Shown here: one piece after another, positions 22,338 to 34,100 of the stretch
Numbering within the stretch: position 1 is the first letter of the stretch
Layout: every line of letters starts with the position of its first letter
DNA from: Zygnema circumcarinatum SAG 698-1b
Lineage: Eukaryota; Plantae; Zygnematophyceae
DNA: 64,000 nucleotides
Direction of reading: 5' to 3'
Assembly (NCBI GenBank): GCA_037447605.1
Contig: CM074817.1
Coordinates: forward strand, 1,736,001-1,800,000
Position numbers and translations under genes: made by a program
Notes under the pieces: generated by a model
Seen by the model: the letters and a program-made list of their open reading frames with translations, nothing else
Database searches by the model: none
Told to the model about the DNA's origin: nothing

Positions 22338-25080
22338 GACTGTAAATAGTACTTTCCAAAATTCCTACGACTCTGTCTGATTGTACGGATCTCAACAGAG
22401 CTCTGGCGGCGGAGGGCGGGTGGGGGGGAGAGCCGTTTGGACGGGAGTGGAGACATCTGAAAGAGACGAAGGGTGTCGGCGGAGATTGAGGGTGGTGGCA
22501 GGCGACGTGGACATCCTATGAGCGTCCACGTGGTAAGACGGACATGCACATTTTTTGAATGTGAGGACGCCACGTCGACGATCCACGTCGCCGTCGGTCG
22601 TTCCGAGCAATGTGATCTGCTAAAGGTCCAAAACTGTACGGCGCATCACCAGGTGCGACGCGGCGTCGGTGGATGTGGAAGACGTGGCACCAACTTTAGC
22701 CGTCGATGTGTCTTATCGTGTACGGATGCATCATTCTGGCCGCGGCTACGTGGCGCGCCTACGTGGCCTAACGAAAACGACATTCGGATAACCGCCGAAG
22801 GTGGCCAATAAGAACGTCCTCTGATGCCACGTATGTGTCCTTAAGATGTGTTGGTGACGTGGCGGTACGCCATTGGTTCGTTGAATTGCAGGGCGGAAGT
22901 CCCAAGGCCACCCACCCGCGGCCTGGAGGCTTGTCGGCACAAGAGGACAAGAAGCCGCGGACGGCGCCGGCGACCGCGGACCGTACCTTTACCGTATGCA
23001 TGATTGTCTGATATGAGACAAATTAAGATACTTGTCGAGTTACTCGTACGGACGTAACCTGTTCAGCCTCCGACACGATCCGCCTTGAGCGGCTGCCGAC
23101 ACAATTTGGCGTCTTGTGCCGACAAATCTCGATTCGGTCAAAGCCGTCGACGTGGCGCGCTTCCCAGCGTGGTTTTCATGTTGCGTAGCGAGCGGGGATG
23201 TGCGCCACGTGGCCTCTACTCGTCGGCCGCGGGCCCTCTTGTCCTTCTGCAGTCCCCCTCCCCCTCTGTCTGCATTCTCTCCAGCCCTCTCTCCCCCTCC
23301 CTCTCTACCCCTCCCCTCCTCTCCCCCACTTTCTATCTCTCCCTCTCTCTCGCTCTCGCTCTCGCTCTCTCTCGCTCTCGCTCTCTCTCCCTCACATGCA
23401 AAATGTGCATCAGCTGCAGGAATCCTGAACTTCCACAAGACGTAGGAGACACGTGGCGGTCTTGCATTCCCCCTCCAGCCGTCCCCGCCAAGCCTTGCCG
23501 CCTCCTCCCTGAGCCCTCCCTCTCTCCCTCCTCCCCCCGCCGCTGCCCCTCCCTTCACTCCCCTCACTCCAAACATCTCCACCGCCGCGCTTCCCATCCT
23601 CCCTCTCCCTCTCCCTCTCAGCGGGAGAGCTTCCCGCGATGGTCTGCTTACGCCATGGCTCTCTGTGTGGTCCTGCTGCTCCTCCTGCCGCCCCTTCTCC
23701 CTCCCCTCCCTCCCCCTCCCTCCGCGCTGCTCCTCCTCCCCCTCCTCATCTTCCTCCTCCTCGTCGCGCTGGCCTTTCAGCCGCCGAAGCAGCCCCGCCC
23801 GCCCGAGCAGTGGGAGAGAATATATGGGCGAAGGTCTGAGAGGGCAGCCCTCGGGGGCGGCTACTGCTTCGAGAGGAGGGAGTTTGCGGATGAAAAGGAA
23901 ACAACTCAAATTAATATTAGAAAAAGTTTTAGTTGAGTGCGGTGCTGATTTGTACAGTACGATGAAGAGCATTGTACAGGTAGTAAGTAGGTTTCTGGTG
24001 GGAGGAGCTCAGACGGAATTGAACGGCTAAAGCTGGTAAATTAGGCTCAGAAATAGAAAGCTCTGGTCGAGTATGAATTATTCGTAGGATACGCACGTTT
24101 AAAGCTAGCGGTAATTCTTTTTTGATAAGAGAAGCAACCTCTGCCTAAAGAGGGAGATGTGCTGCGAGCTGTCAAGTACGAGATAATTCGTTGCATTATT
24201 CTGCACGCAGTTTAGCGTCGTCGATCGCAGCATAATACATGCTGCATCGCTGGCTTCAATGTTCCAAATTCTTTTATTTTCTTCTTTATAAATCATCGAT
24301 GGCACACTCGTAAGTTGGTTCCGAATACTGCCTTTGTCCAGTACGTTTGATTGCATCGCCATTGCGAGACCAATGCCAATTCATTCCCATCGCAAGTTTG
24401 GACCGCAAGTTGTTGCCCATTTGGGATTCAACTCTCGCGTTCTTCCTAACCATTGAAGTTGCAATTTTTTTATTTTTACGTGAAATTTTTTGATTGCATA
24501 AGCTGGCAACCTAAAAACGGAGCGGCCAACTGCAGCAAGGAGCACAGGGACCCACGCCCTAACTAATTTTGGGTCTTGGCCAGTGCGGACACGCCCTAAG
24601 GACCGGCCACAAGGTGGTGCAGATCCTGTACTTTGTAAATAAGTCCCCTCGAAATTGCCAAAGGCCAGCATGTGAGCACAAACCAGTCCGGTGGGCTCCA
24701 AAAAGGGAGCAAGATTTAGCGTTTGCGTTTACCAATTTGAGGTCAGAGGGAGCTCAAGGATCACCCATGTGAAGAGGAGATGGAGGGGCCGAACGAAAAA
24801 GAAGTGGGGAGGAGGCGGATACCCAACCAACCGACCAAAGCTATAAGAGGGAAAGGGAGACGAAAATGGAGAGGGAGAAAGGAAGTGAGAGATAATGAGC
24901 GGAAGGTAGGCAGCGGGAAAGAGAGGAAGAAGGATTGCGAACAGAGAGGGAGACTTGTGCTTGACGGCATCCACAGCCTAAACTGTCGCTAGAGCGGGAG
25001 GAAAAATACACACAGAAAAAAAGACTATGAATAAAAATATGAGTACATTGCATAGTTTGCGCGAAAACAAAACGAAAGGG
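22338..25080 (+). repeat. Copy 2 of the direct duplication
   Basis: Colinear with 17474-20758. It lacks the 18127-18693 MITE and has extra sequence at about 24545-24625. Confidence 0.9.
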
Positions 25081-25515
25081 ACCCAATTTACGTGTATGAC
25101 CAGGGGGCAGATATTTAGGTTGCGCAGTTCTGGCACAGAACGTATTGCCGGGCCGCATGGAGACGGTCTCCGCTGCCGAGGGAGGGTGTGAGATGCCATT
25201 CATTTAGCAGCCTTAAGAAAGCAGAGGCTTCAGCCTTCTGCTCTCCTTCAGATAGTCTCCCTATGAAAGCCATTCTTACATACATTACTATTTACATCTC
25301 AGGGACCAATAGTCCTCCAGCAGCCCTCCCTCTCCCCATCGCTCTCCCTCCTGCGCTGACGTCACCTGCTCACACACTGAAACACCAAAGAGCACTGTCA
25401 CATTGAAACATTGGAAGGCTTCATTCCCTCAGAGCACCTGACTTTACCTCACCTTCACCTTAACCTTCACAAGCACAACTTAACAGCGAACACAAGACGA
25501 GCTCACAAAGTTGTT

Positions 25516-28500
25516 TCAACGTGCGCATACATGTTGTTTGTTTAAAGAGCATGCTCTGACAGAAAGCATCTTCAGAGCCACTCCTCGGTCGACCACGAAG
25601 TTCGGTGCCGGCCTATCAGTGGGCGCCACCTGGCGGCAGAGGGTCTCTCCCGCCGTTGCATCTCCATAGCCCTCAAACCAATTCCTCCGTATCTCCGTCT
25701 CCGTACTGAGATGCACTCCGCCCTCCAAGGGCCGCAACGCCGTGTGGACCTGAACAAGCTCGGTCTGCAAAACACCCTCCCGGTAAGTATCAGGAGTAAG
25801 AAACATCACAGAGTTTTGGTTCATTTTACCCAGAGAGAGAGAGGGATGGATGGGAGGGAGGGAGGAGGGGAGGGGAGGGAGGGAGGAGGGAGGAGGGAGG
25901 GAGGGAGGGAGGGAGGGAGGAGAGGGAGGGAGGGAGGGAGGGAGGGAGGGAGGAGGGAGGGAGGGAGGGAGGGAGGGAGGGAGGGAGGGAGGAGGGAGGA
26001 GGGAGGGAGGGAGGAGGAGGAGGAGGGAGGGAGGGAGGGAGGGAGGGAGGGAGGGAGGGAGGGAGGGAGGGAGGGAGGAGGGAGGGAGGGAGGGAGGGAG
26101 GGAGGGAGGGAGGGAGGAGGAGGAGGGAGGGAGGGAGGGAGGGAGGGAGGGAGGGAGGGAGGAGGGAGGGAGGGAGGGAGGGAGGGAGGGAGGGAGGGAG
26201 GGAGGAGGAGGGAGGAGGGAGGGAGGGAGGAGGGAGGGAGGGAGGGAGGGAGGGAGGAGGGAGGGAGGGAGGGAGGGAGGGAGGGAGGGAGGGAGGGAGG
26301 GAGGGAGGGAGGGAGGGAGGGAGGGAGGGAGGGAGGGAGGGAGGGAGGGAGGGAGGGAGGGAGGGAGGGAGGAGGGAGGGAGGGAGGGAGGAGGAGGAGG
26401 AGGGAGGGAGGGAGGGAGGAAGGGAGGGGAGGGAGGGAGGGAGGGAGGGAGGAGGGAGGGAGGAGGGAGGGAAGGAGGAGGAGGAGGGAGGAGGGAGGGA
26501 GGAGGGAGGAGGAGGGAGGAGAGGGAGGGAGGAGGAGGGAGGGAGGGAGGGAGGAGGGAGGAGGGAGGAGGGAGGGAGGGGATAAAGGGGAGGAGAGAGA
26601 GAGGGCGAGAGACGGAGAAAGGGAGAGAGAGGGATAACCAAGGTCCCCACCAATCGAGGGTTCGCGAAATAAGTGCGATGACCGTAGTGTAGAAGGCACC
26701 GATCTATTTCGGAGAATAATCCGTTATCTGTGCAGTACGCAGTGGGCCAGCGGAAGACCATACGATCTATGGGGTCAGTTCCGTTAGCTTCGCCTAACGG
26801 CGCACACATGGAAGCGGCCCAAAGGAGTGCCCCCACAGTGAGCCATGGCTTGTCGTCATATTTCTGCAGGAGGGCCGGCACTGTGACACCTGTCACGGGC
26901 TCTAAGAAATCCTCAAAGCTCGCAGAAACAACCCATTTTGAGGAAAACCGCGAGCGATAAAGACAGTCGTTGATGGCAAGGCCCTGCAAAAAGGTGGGAA
27001 TCTTTTGTTGCAGTAATTTTTTTTAACTGAGAAAGCAGCGAGGGGAGGAGAAAGAGGGAGAGAGAGAGAGAGAGGAAGCAAAACCATGTACAAGGGTTCG
27101 GCGAGTAGAAAATTTACCTGCGCAAAGGCCCATGCCCGTCCCCCTCCCTGCAGCAAGTTTTCTACGAATTGTGTTACTTGAATCGCTGCACCGCCGGGTC
27201 GGGTCTTAAGGGGATGAAGAAAGTCTTCTGGAGAGCGGACAGAGTTGTAGAAAATGAATTGCTGAACTCCCACAATTTGTTCCATGTATGCCATCCAATC
27301 CAACACTGCCGGAATGGTCGGCCGGGAGCGGATGGGGGGCGAGCAGAGAGAGAGAGCATACTTGTAAGGCTCCGCTGGTGAGAGAGCGGCCTGCATTCAG
27401 GAAAATGGGTAGCGTACAGAAGTCAGTTTTACTCTGGAACATTATCATTATCATCATTTACAACTTGATAGCTCATATTGCAAGTCTGAACACTGCTGTA
27501 AACCATCCCACGTTGGACAGGTTGAAACAAACAGAACGCATAGACACACAACATGAGCGATCATAAGGCCAAGATTTCCCAAAGACACATACATGTTCTC
27601 CATAGTGAATGATCAATAAGCTTGGGGGTACTAACCGATGTCTTGTCTTCCCGGAAGAGAACCATCTCCACCCCATCCACTACTCCGAGCAGATAGCCGC
27701 CACACAGTGAAGTCGCAACCTCCAAAGTGCAGTGGACCACTACCACTTCACACTGCCTTCCTCCCTCCCAACATTTGAGAAAAAAGAATCGTTTCAAGTT
27801 TTCTGACGTAAATCCGACTGCAAATTTTACGACCAGAATGTGATTCTTGGCAAACATTAATCAAAAGGTAAACTAACTCCAAAGTGAGGCCCAGTTTCAC
27901 CTGCGTGTCATGATGTTCCCCCCCATAGTGAAAGCTCAAAACTCCACGTATGCTGTGGCCGGCTGCATCGTGCCATGTGCAGGAGCCCTTTGACGGGGGA
28001 GTTCCCAAAATTTCTCCAAAAGCAAACGTGTCTTGCATGCCCAGCAATGCAAACGTATTCGGGCCCATTCGATAAGCACTGCATTGTGCAAAAAGCGGAA
28101 CAGAATGAGTGAACAGCTAACGCTCGATCGTGCAAATCTTCCCATTTTGACTGAGTGCTTTCTCTTCGAAGGAGGATGTGAGAATCCAACCTGAATTGAA
28201 AGAAGCCCAGAACTCTGTGAACATTGAATGTGCGCTGTTGCCAGTTCTTGACCTGGTCTGGGTATGAGGTAAGGTTTAGGCTGCAGTGCGGAGGCTGTAT
28301 GGGCTCACAGAACAGTGTAAATACTAGCTTCAGAACCCAGTAATGAAATCGTTCTCAGTCCAGTTCAAATGACCGCACCTTTTCAGCCAGAAATTTGCAG
28401 TATCTCTGAGTGAGATTTTTGGCAACGAGGCTGTTGCTATGCAATGCTTTATGTTCCTCGCTTTTCCCCCCTTTAATCCCAGCTGCCTAACAAGGTGGTT

Positions 28501-29594
28501 CAGGAACCAACGGATGAGTTAACTCACCTTTGTCAACAGATCTCTCTCCCTGCCTCCCTCCTGGGCAATAGAGGCACTCCCCATAACTCGACGGAAGGAT
28601 TCTGCGCCGCCTCCTGTTACCTTCCTTTGATGGCTCAGCGTGCGCTGCAGCCGCATACCGCAGAGTCGTAAAACGATGCATCTTTTCACCATGACAGAGT
28701 GAGAGGCAAGAGTTTGTGTAATTGTGCTCTTAGACGAGAAAACGTTCGGGCTGAAGTGCGCACCTGCCAGCTCATGAAGAGGGCGATCACAACCAAAACG
28801 CAGAACACCAAAACCTTGCAGAAAAAAAGCCACAAATAGGCCTATCAATCAGCATTTTAGTGAAGCATTGCCTGCAATTCCCAACAGCATCCCCCCTTCT
28901 TTTTAAACTGTCAAATGTAGGTGGATAGTCACTATTTTTCTCTGCTCATTGTAATGACGATGACTCCTGCACTTTTCAAGGTGTCCAGTATTGCAGCGAT
29001 GATTCCGATCTGCCGAAAGTCACGCGATGACGCTGAACAGCCTCTTAATGGTTTGAGAGAACCATAGTTCATGCAAATTCATTTACTTCAGAAAATTGCC
29101 AATTCAAATCTTGCCTATCTTCTTTCCTGTCACAATGGGGTCAATGCAGCGGCCCTTGAAGGTATACGAGGCAGAGGCCGAGTGGACGAGTCTACAATAA
29201 CATTAAGGCTTGCTTAAGTGAATGTCCGCAAATGCGAGCGCCATTCGGAAGTTGAACCCGTAGAGCTACCGGTTCATGCAACCGATCGAAGACTGAGCGC
29301 TACAGGTTCTTGTGGACTATATGCCGAATCACTACTTGAACTTTCGTTCGCTCTTTCCTCTGGCTGGACATATACATTGAAACAAGAAGAAGCTAATGAA
29401 TGCACACATCTTAAATAGACTAGATAATGCAGACGTTTCCCTGCATAAAAATTACTTGCTGTCACTTTCAAAACCTTGCTGCTGAACATCTGAAATGTAG
29501 GTCCTATCCACTGTCTTACATGCGGTCGCCGAATCAACACCGCAAGGAGGGCCTGCCGTTTGGCCCGACTTCGGCCAGCTGATCCGCCGGCCAT
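25516..29594 (-). CDS. Glycosyltransferase family 92 (DUF23), galactan beta-1,4-galactosyltransferase (GALS)-like
   Basis: [50 protein letters not shown] and [18 protein letters not shown] parallel plant GALS motifs as I recall them. The 5' exons and start ([20 protein letters not shown] at 29594) are less certain. Confidence 0.75.
25845..26630. repeat. (GGAG/GGA)n polypurine array of about 790 bp in the last GT92 intron
   Basis: Nearly pure G/A on the + strand; it produces the spurious 280-390 aa ORFs. Confidence 0.95.
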
Positions 29595-31102
29595 GACTAA
29601 CAGCGGTAGACAGGAAGGAAATAGAGGGAGGGGTCGGCGTAAAGGCAAAAAGAATGCGTGGCGCGAGGGGGGATGTGGTGCAAAGTGAAAGCCCTGCGAA
29701 AATGTGGAGTGCACGCCACCTGCTCTCTAAGCCCCCGCGCTTTCAACAGCAAGGCTGCAACAAACCCTCCTCTAACGACTCCCCGCTTGTGCAGCCGCTG
29801 CACCTGTTGCAGTAGTGCTCTCTTGATGGACTCGCCATCAGTGATCAGCGCTCAGCGCACTGTGCAAGAAGGGCCGAGCAAAGCAAAGCTTCCCGCTGAG
29901 CACAAGCACGGCTTGGCATTAAGCTCGCTGCAGTTTTTCTCAGCCGTTGGGGTCACATGGTGCACAGAAAAAGGAACAGCACGAGCAAGGCGCTGTAGAA
30001 GAGAAAGAAATTGGCACAAGTGCACATGAAAGGGAGTTGGGGGTTGGCATCGGTCTCAATGTGACGAAGCCATCAAAATGTGCATGGGCTAAGGCAATGT
30101 GTGGATCCAACATGTGCATGAAATGGTCACAAAAGAGTATAGAACAATGGCATTGTCTAGGTCCGCACAAGGAAATTGGAGAGGGATTGAACGACACAAC
30201 ATTGACATTGCAAGTTGGGCCGGTCGCATGGATGGCATGTTGGAAGCCCGTCCACGACGGAATTCCCTAGAACAAGCATTTCGCGTTGTGCCCTAGCTAC
30301 ATTGTTCATGGCTAGCGTGCCATCCCATGGCGTGTGCCATCATCCAAAAGGCGAAAGTTGCAGGGCCCTGAGACATCATAGAATTTGCAAAGCTTCTCTC
30401 GCTAGGAGAGGTGGCCATGGCTCAGCCTCGTTCAGGCTCGGCTTATGAGCCAAGGCAGAGCCAACAGACCGTGAGGCAACCCAGCAACAGTTTTCTCCCA
30501 TCCTGCAAACCGAGTCCAGAGACCATTCAACTTCTGCACATACTTCTGCAAACACTCTACCGGCATCCGGCAGAGAGGCCACCAATCCACCATTCTGACA
30601 ATGTGGTGTTCATACACGGTTGGGTAAAATGGCCATCCATGCCATCACTTTGGAAGAGCAAACAGTCCGTGCTCCTAACGTAACTGGAACTGGAACTGGA
30701 ACTTCCTCTAAAAATAATTTGACATATAAACAGCTGAATGAATGCAGAGCCAGGCAGACCTGGAGCAGGCTCCCTACTTGAAACATCCTCATGCAAACTC
30801 TACCACCTCCCATGACCTTTGTTTCTGCGCTAACTGTTCACTGTTCACTGTTTTGCAGTTCCGAACTTGGAGACTATTCCCGGCACAACGGTGTTCCGAA
30901 CAGCGGAGTCTGAAATCAGGGAAGTGGAGGTGAGACTGCTGCTCTTCCTGCCAGGCCTGCCTCTAGAGCATTCAGACCCTCCAAAAATTAGGGCATCAGC
31001 CCAGAAAAATTGCTTCAACATTTCACAATGATCGTGCATGTTGCACTCTGCGAAACCCCCCCTGCTGAAAAACGTCCAATGATAGCGAGACCCAACATTG
31101 CC

Positions 31103-34100
31103 TCAGTCAGCCGGTCTGTACAGCCTAGCTTGATGCTTAGACAGTTCCCGGCGCACAAAGAAGTAATGATTGCGTATTGACTGCAACATCTGCAGTCTTG
31201 TCGGAGGTACAGTGACTTGAAAATGGCGAAAATACAGCAGCAGCTCGCGTAGACTGAGCTCCCCCAATCGGCCCTGAGCAATGATGGTATCCCAAGGCAC
31301 CTCGCTCCCATCCTCCCACTCCTCCAAGAGAGAAGGGAGCTTCCTTTTTTTGTACCGCCGTGGTCTCCTTCTCGCCTTGATACTCTGCTTCTTTGCGCGG
31401 GCAGCAAGGCCGCGCTTCTTCTCTATGACTTCCCATTGCGAAAACTCATGCCATGCATTCTCTCGTGCTACATTTAGTGCAATTTGTGTCTCATTCCACT
31501 CTGCGAGTCGACAGGAGAAAACAACATCAGCCAGCAACAAACCAATTCTGAAAACTTCAGCAGACCCGGTTCTGGTTCAAGCATTCAAATGCCTCACCAA
31601 CATTTGGGAACGTTACTGTAAACAAAGCAACTCACGTTCTATCTTGACATAAAGTTATTGAAGTAAGGTAATATGTGGCTTAACCTGATTTTTGGGCGAG
31701 TGTCGCAAGCGGCACGCGCAGACACAGACTGCACCTTTGTCGAGATCTCCGACAGTCTGCACCGCCAAAATTAAGCCTTCCCAAAACCAAATCACCGGGA
31801 TGTTTTCCAGTAGAAACAATGACATCATCGACGTCCCAAGAAACGGTCTCAAATGACGTGCTGATTTCTAGTATTCCAGTATTTCAGCACCTAAACACTT
31901 AACTCTTTTCAAGAGTAATGCCCACTGACCAGTCCATCTCACAGTAGAGTGGATTCCATCAGCTGTACGGGTTAGGTCTGATGGCCCTTCACTTCTTAGC
32001 AAAATGAAAAGGAAACGGACATGGTTGATCTCTCAACTTTCGATCAGGATGCGACGAATTTCAACACAGCCCCAAAAACATGTTCATTTCAACCACTGTG
32101 GTGGCATTATAGAACGCCCCGAGCCCTTGCTACCTTCCTTCGCAAGTCAACTACTCACCGTAAAGGCAGGGTTCCGCAATCCACATCAATTCTGCGTCAG
32201 CAATGTCTAGAGCAGCCACAAACTCCTTGTCTACCTCCTCCGTTCCTTTTGATGTGCTGTTGTTGTCATAATAGTGATGCCTGACTCCATGTCTGTCACC
32301 CATAAAGAAGCCATACAAGTCCACTCTTCGACATTTCTGCATCCCAATGACACAAATACCACCGATTAAGTAGGATACTTCATAAATCTTTGGCTGCAGC
32401 ATATGCCCACCTTGTTGAAAGCTTGCTCCATTCGGACCCTATGACTGAGATCCTTCATACTCCACTACTTGCCAAGGTGGAAGCAAAGAGGGTCGAGGTC
32501 GAGTTAAGAAATGAAGATACACGTCACCTGAAGAGCAAACGCCCAGCCTATGTATCCAATAGAGGGAATAAACCCGAGAGCGTTGAAAACACTTGTAACG
32601 AATCCCAAGTCGAGAATTAAAAGCGGATCACGCGGGAACATGCGCTTGAATTTCAGCAAATGTTCTATTTCAGCCTTTCTATTTCGAATCCAGATATGAT
32701 AGACAACGGTTTCATTGCCTTCCTTAAATCCAGCAAATTCTGGATTGCTGAAACGAAGTGTCGTTTTAGAACCAACCTGCAAATCCATAGAAAACAGGTT
32801 AAAACAAGGCTCTCCCTTCCACCGCTCCCTCTCCCTTGCCTCATGTTTCATATGGCTTAAACAAAAAATCCCACAACCGGGAAAACAAAGCCTCATCTGT
32901 AAAGTTCAATTTCAGCCCCTAAGCACAAACAGAATAAATAGAAGTTATGGCCAGAGCACAAGTGCTGCTGCTAGCCACATCTGTGAAGTTGAGCAGAGGG
33001 ATCGTCTGACTTTAAAAAATGACAAATTGCGAACACCCATACTCTATTTGAAAGCAACGTGCCCCCTCCCCCTCTCCCCCTCCCCTGCCTCTACCTTCCT
33101 GCTCACCTGCGGCTCATACCCATATGCGGGTGCTCCATTAAACCGCATCACCATCTCATGGGCATCTATCTCTTCCCCAAGATCTTGAAGCAGCAGCGAT
33201 CCCGAACTCCCTACTACGGCGCATGTATCCCAAGTGACGGCCTCCAAGGGGTCGTAGGGGGGGAGAGCACGGCGAAGCTCAAGACGCTCTGCGGGGGCAA
33301 ACTCTGAGACAAGTCTACCAAGCATGCCCAATCCCGGGGCAACAAAGGCTCCGGTAGAGGCTGTCTCATTTGCATCGAGTGCGTGCAACTCAGCATAGAG
33401 GAGGTCCACTGACATGATAAGTTCATCGCTGTAACCATCTACTCCGAGCTCACGGAATTCAAGAATTGCCTGCAAGGAATTCACTAGCATGTAAAGCCTT
33501 GTTTAGAATGTGAATTGGACTGGAAATGGAGATTGATTTAGCAGGCTAATTCAAGTCCATACTTGAACGTCATGATTCTTTGTCATGAAACAAACCATCC
33601 ATTAAAGGCCACTCAATGCAGGGATGACGCAATCAATTGTAGGGAGGCTGGCAATTGATCATTGTCATAACATCACCGAGCACTTCCCTTCGTATAATGA
33701 TGCTCAAGAAAACGTCAACCTTGAATGGATGCTCGAACACTCAACAGTTGCCACGAACACTCATCAAGTGTCACCTCTGCATTCATCATGCTGATTCCTG
33801 GGTACAAGTTATGTTTAAGAGAGTTACTGACCTCACAGTTCTTGCCTTGGAAAAGCACTGAGCAGGAGCATACTCCATCCGTGAGACGCCCGCGACCAGA
33901 ACAGAATACTTCGGCTCTCTGATGCGTAAGTGGCTCCACACTCACCTTGGCTTCACACACATGCGTCACAGGACTTGAGTGTCAGAGGGAAACCGTGATA
34001 GCAACACAACATAGCACAGCTTTCTTGTCGAGGTAAGACAAAGGTAAGAAATGCTGCGATACCATTTAAACTCTCATTCTCTGCATCATCGTTTGACATG

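Noticed and set aside
21792-22573. Repetitive ORFs in all six frames (e.g. TTIRLVANQ repeats)
   Set aside because: A by-product of a 42-bp unit (a multiple of 3) that lacks stops; no coding evidence.
25711-26989. 280-390 aa Pro/Ser or Gly/Arg/Glu ORFs (extensin-like)
   Set aside because: Translation of the intronic (GGAG)n tract; real GT92 exons flank it with canonical splice sites.
30411-31030. Plus-strand ORFs and exon-like segment antisense to the GT29 3' end
   Set aside because: No recognisable domain or consistent exon chain; more likely GT29 3' UTR or intergenic sequence.
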